A stretch of DNA of 32,000 nt from the NCBI RefSeq assembly GCF_000757865.1, contig NZ_CP007754.1, positions 1,830,001 to 1,862,000 of the forward strand, read 5' to 3'. This document shows positions 28,862 to 32,000 of the stretch, piece after piece. Source of the DNA: Prochlorococcus sp. MIT 0801. Lineage in GTDB: Bacteria > Cyanobacteriota > Cyanobacteriia > PCC-6307 > Cyanobiaceae. The notes beneath the pieces were generated by a model, which did not search any database, was not told where the DNA came from, and worked only from the letters and a program-made list of their open reading frames with translations. A program made the translations under genes and the position numbers. Position 1 is the stretch's first letter; each line of letters starts with the position of its first letter.

Positions 28862-31768
28862 TCAAATAGAATTGGTATCTTCTAAATCTTGAACTGAAGG
28901 ACAACTACATATCAAATTCCTGTCTCCATAAGCATTATTAATACGTGAAACTGATGGCCAAAATTTATATTTTTCTTGCTCAGGCAATGGATAAGCAGCT
29001 TCTTTACGAGAATAAGGTTTATCCCAATCATCAGAGGTAACTGTTTTTAAAGTATGTGGAGATTGTTTTAAAGGATTATTTATAGGATCAATCTTTCCTA
29101 ATTTGATTTGTTCAATTTCTTCGCGGATTCCTATCATCGCGTCACAAAAACGATCTAATTCAGGCAAACTTTCACTCTCTGTTGGTTCAACCATCAATGT
29201 TCCAGCAACAGGCCAACTTATAGTTGGAGCATGAAATCCATAATCCATCAATCTCTTGGCAACATCCTCAACTTCTATACCTAACTGACTCTTTAAAGGT
29301 CGTAAATCTAATATGCATTCATGAGCTACTAGCCCATTGGGGTCTTTAAATAAAACTGGATAATAAGGATCAAGTCTTTTTGCTAAATAATTAGCAGAGA
29401 GAATTGCTATAGAACTTGCTTTGCGTAACCCATCGCTACCCATCATTCGAATGTACATCCAACTGATGGGCAATATTCCAGCGCTACCAAATGGAGCGGC
29501 AGATACTGCCGAAATAGCCTTTTCGCCTCCGCACTTAATAATTGAATGTCCAGGAAGATAAGGAACCAAATGATCTGCTACAGCTATGGGCCCTACACCG
29601 GGGCCTCCACCACCATGAGGAATGGAAAAAGTTTTATGAAGATTTAAATGGCACACATCTATGCCATAAGATCCAGGCCTGCAAATACCTACTTGAGCAT
29701 TCAGATTAGCTCCATCCAAATAAACTTGACCACCCTCCTGATGAATGACTTTGCACATTTCACGGATATTTGGCTCGAATACTCCATGAGTTGAAGGGTA
29801 GGTAACCATCAATGCAGCCAAATTATTTGAATAAATTTTAGATTTATTTCTTAAGTCATCTAAATCAACATTGCCGTATTCATCACATTTAACGGAAACA
29901 ACTTTAAAGCCAGACATTACCGCACTAGCTGGATTGGTGCCGTGAGCACTTGTTGGGATCAAGCAAATATTCCTATGGCCTTCTCCAAGAGACTGATGCC
30001 ATGAACGTATTACAAGCAAGCCGGCAAATTCTCCTTGAGAGCCTGCATTTGGCTGAAGAGAAACTCCCTTAAAACCAGTCAAAGCAGACAGCCAACTTTC
30101 AAGGTCATTAATTATTTCGCGGAATCCAGATAATTGAGCCTGAGGAGCAAAAGGATGTATAGAAGAAATCTCGCTCCATTCAATGGGTAAAAGTTCTGCA
30201 GCTGCATTCAATTTCATTGTGCAACTCCCAAGGGGAATCATTCCTTGAACTAAAGAAAAATCTTTAGAAACTAAAAAATGAATATATCTCATTAAATCAG
30301 TTTCACTTTGATATTGGTTAAATACTGATTGTTCAAGCCAAGGTTTTACTCGAAGTGGAATATCTATGATTTCTACATTTTTATTCATATAAGTATCAAT
30401 ATCTTTGACGTTTTTTCCTTTGACTTTTGCAAGAATTTGATGCAGTTTATAAATTTCTTCATCACAAGTTAATTCATCAAAAGTCACACCAAAACCTTTA
30501 GCATTTTCAGTATCTGATCCAATGGGAAGTACTCTGAGGTTATACCCTTCTTCTGAGGCTAAGTTAATTACTTTTACTGCCTCTGGACAAAAGATATCAA
30601 CACTATCGAACCTGGGATATCTATCTAATGGATATTCTAAATTACTTAAAATATTTTCAAAATATGATCTATATTTAATTATCTTTTTTGCTATTTGTTT
30701 AAGACCATCTGGACCATGATGTAATGCATAGAAAGAAGAAAGAACAGCCAATAAAACTTGAGCAGTGCAAATGTTACTTGTAGCTTTATCTCTTCGAATA
30801 TGTTGCTCTCTTGTTTGAAGAGCCAGTCTCAAAACTTTATTGCCATCTACATCAACTGATTGACCGACTATCCTTCCTGGTATTTGTCTTTTATATATTT
30901 CTTTAGTTGCAAAAAAAGCTGCATGAGGTCCACCACAAGCAATAGGGACACCAAATCTTTGAGCGCTACCAACAACAATATCTGCACCAAATTCTCCCAT
31001 TGGTTTAATCAAAACCTGAGCCAAAGGGTCGATTGCGACAGTAACAAGTGCATCGAATTTGTGTACCTGATTAATTATTGATGTTGGGTTCCAAATACGA
31101 CCGTTTTTTCCAGGTAACTGAATAATGATTCCAAAGACATTACTATCAATTTCAAACTTATTGTTATCAAAGATCTCAAGAACAATTCCTAGTGGTTCAC
31201 ATCGAGTTTTTAATACATCAAATGTTTGCGGCAAAATTTCTTGATCTACTAAAAATTTATCAGCATTTTTATTTTTTCTAACAGCCAAACTTAAACTTAT
31301 TGCCTCAGCTGCCGCAGTTGCTTCGTCAAGTAATGACGCATTTGATATTGGTAAACCTGTTAATTCAGTTATTAAAGTCTGAAAATTAAATAAAGCTTCT
31401 AATCGGCCTTGCGATATTTCTGCTTGATAAGGAGTGTAAGCAGTGTACCAATTGGGATTTTCTAGAACATTTCTTTGTATAACTGGAGGTAAAACAGTCG
31501 AATGGTAACCAAGCCCAATCAGGGAACGATTTTCAACATTTTTCTTTGCAATTGAATTGATTTCTTTTAACGCTTGATTTTGATCACACCCATCTGGTAT
31601 TGAAACACCAATGTTTTCAGAATCAAAGATTTCATTGGGAATTACAGAAGATATAAATTCTTCAGAATTTTCAAACCCAAGAATTTGAAGCATTAAGGCT
31701 TCTTCTTCGTTAGTTGGTCCTATATGGCGAGACTTAAAAGTAAAATCCTTTAATTCTGCTTTTGACAT
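28862..31768 (-). CDS. gcvP: Glycine dehydrogenase (decarboxylating), glycine cleavage P protein
   Basis: Single-chain P protein. It has the PLP-lysine context [19 protein letters not shown] and N-terminal FKSRHIGP. I prefer the ATG at 31768..31766 ([18 protein letters not shown]) over the track's TTG at 31792. Confidence 0.97.
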   Translation of the reverse strand: MSKAELKDFTFKSRHIGPTNEEEALMLQILGFENSEEFISSVIPNEIFDSENIGVSIPDGCDQNQALKEINSIAKKNVENRSLIGLGYHSTVLPPVIQRNVLENPNWYTAYTPYQAEISQGRLEALFNFQTLITELTGLPISNASLLDEATAAAEAISLSLAVRKNKNADKFLVDQEILPQTFDVLKTRCEPLGIVLEIFDNNKFEIDSNVFGIIIQLPGKNGRIWNPTSIINQVHKFDALVTVAIDPLAQVLIKPMGEFGADIVVGSAQRFGVPIACGGPHAAFFATKEIYKRQIPGRIVGQSVDVDGNKVLRLALQTREQHIRRDKATSNICTAQVLLAVLSSFYALHHGPDGLKQIAKKIIKYRSYFENILSNLEYPLDRYPRFDSVDIFCPEAVKVINLASEEGYNLRVLPIGSDTENAKGFGVTFDELTCDEEIYKLHQILAKVKGKNVKDIDTYMNKNVEIIDIPLRVKPWLEQSVFNQYQSETDLMRYIHFLVSKDFSLVQGMIPLGSCTMKLNAAAELLPIEWSEISSIHPFAPQAQLSGFREIINDLESWLSALTGFKGVSLQPNAGSQGEFAGLLVIRSWHQSLGEGHRNICLIPTSAHGTNPASAVMSGFKVVSVKCDEYGNVDLDDLRNKSKIYSNNLAALMVTYPSTHGVFEPNIREMCKVIHQEGGQVYLDGANLNAQVGICRPGSYGIDVCHLNLHKTFSIPHGGGGPGVGPIAVADHLVPYLPGHSIIKCGGEKAISAVSAAPFGSAGILPISWMYIRMMGSDGLRKASSIAILSANYLAKRLDPYYPVLFKDPNGLVAHECILDLRPLKSQLGIEVEDVAKRLMDYGFHAPTISWPVAGTLMVEPTESESLPELDRFCDAMIGIREEIEQIKLGKIDPINNPLKQSPHTLKTVTSDDWDKPYSRKEAAYPLPEQEKYKFWPSVSRINNAYGDRNLICSCPSVQDLEDTNSI

Positions 31769-31869
31769 GAGCTTGTTCTCAAGCACAAGCAAATTAAGCT
31801 ATTAGAATGAATGCCAGTGTAGAGAAAAATTTCCTAATTTGTTGTAAGAAAAAATTATTCAGTCAAGTT

Positions 31870-32000
31870 TTAGGCAGCAATTTTTTTTGAATAAGTTTCA
31901 GAATCCATAAGGTCTTTTAATTGTTCAGGATTTTCAGGACGAATTATTAATAGCCATCCTTCGCCATGAGGATCATTTTGAAGTTCCTCTGGGCTTGCTA
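31870..32000 (-). CDS. gcvH: Glycine cleavage system H protein, C-terminal part (gene runs off the right edge)
   Basis: My own minus-strand translation ends ...ASPEELQNDPHGEGWLLIIRPENPEQLKDLMDSETYSKKIAA*, with the stop at 31872..31870. The P-x-G-EGWL pattern matches the GcvH C-terminus, and the gene sits directly upstream of gcvP. Confidence 0.85.
   Translation of the reverse strand, partial: ASPEELQNDPHGEGWLLIIRPENPEQLKDLMDSETYSKKIAA

Noticed and set aside
1-32000. Search for tRNA/rRNA genes, CRISPR repeats, IS elements, integrases, toxin-antitoxin pairs, HIP1 (GCGATCGC) repeats, long direct or inverted repeats, and compositional islands
   Set aside because: I saw none. Intergenic spacers are all 161 nt or shorter apart from the thiG-sqdB and sqdX-gcvP regions, which are filled by the two small ORFs above. 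Base composition and gene density look uniform by eye, consistent with core genome rather than an accessory island.

Overview
The window reads as an ordinary, gene-dense stretch of conserved core genome from a low-GC marine picocyanobacterium. The AT-rich sequence, short spacers and rare Shine-Dalgarno or terminator signals point to Prochlorococcus; the strain cannot be determined by eye. I support 28 protein-coding genes, two of them truncated at the window edges. They cover DNA replication and repair (mutS, holA, uvrB, dnaX) and lysine/DAP synthesis (lysC, asd-dapA). Proteostasis is represented by tig-clpP-clpX and RNA metabolism by tilS and RNase J. Also present are ribosomal proteins (rpmI-rplT), cofactor genes (ribH, cobH, thiG), glycine cleavage (gcvH-gcvP), the sulfolipid operon sqdB-sqdX, and photosynthesis-linked small or 'ycf' genes (psbZ, ycf23-like, ycf37-like). 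I found no rRNA, tRNA, CRISPR array, transposase, integrase, phage or defence genes, long repeats, or compositional island. I do not see a convincing undescribed multi-gene system and would rather say so than invent one. The leads worth a second look are modest. One is a 55-aa tail-anchored ORF upstream of sqdB that falls below the ORF-track length cutoff. Another is an 86-aa orphan ORF lying tail-to-tail with sqdX. A third is an arginine-rich C-terminal tail on RNase J that resembles the cyanobacterial RNase E PNPase-docking motif and overlaps the tilS 3' end. Others are a clamp-binding-like QGSLF motif in a MutS N-terminal extension, a co-directional spoIID / membrane GT2 pair (possible MGlcDG synthase), several obligatory non-ATG starts, and convergent gene ends with no room for terminators.
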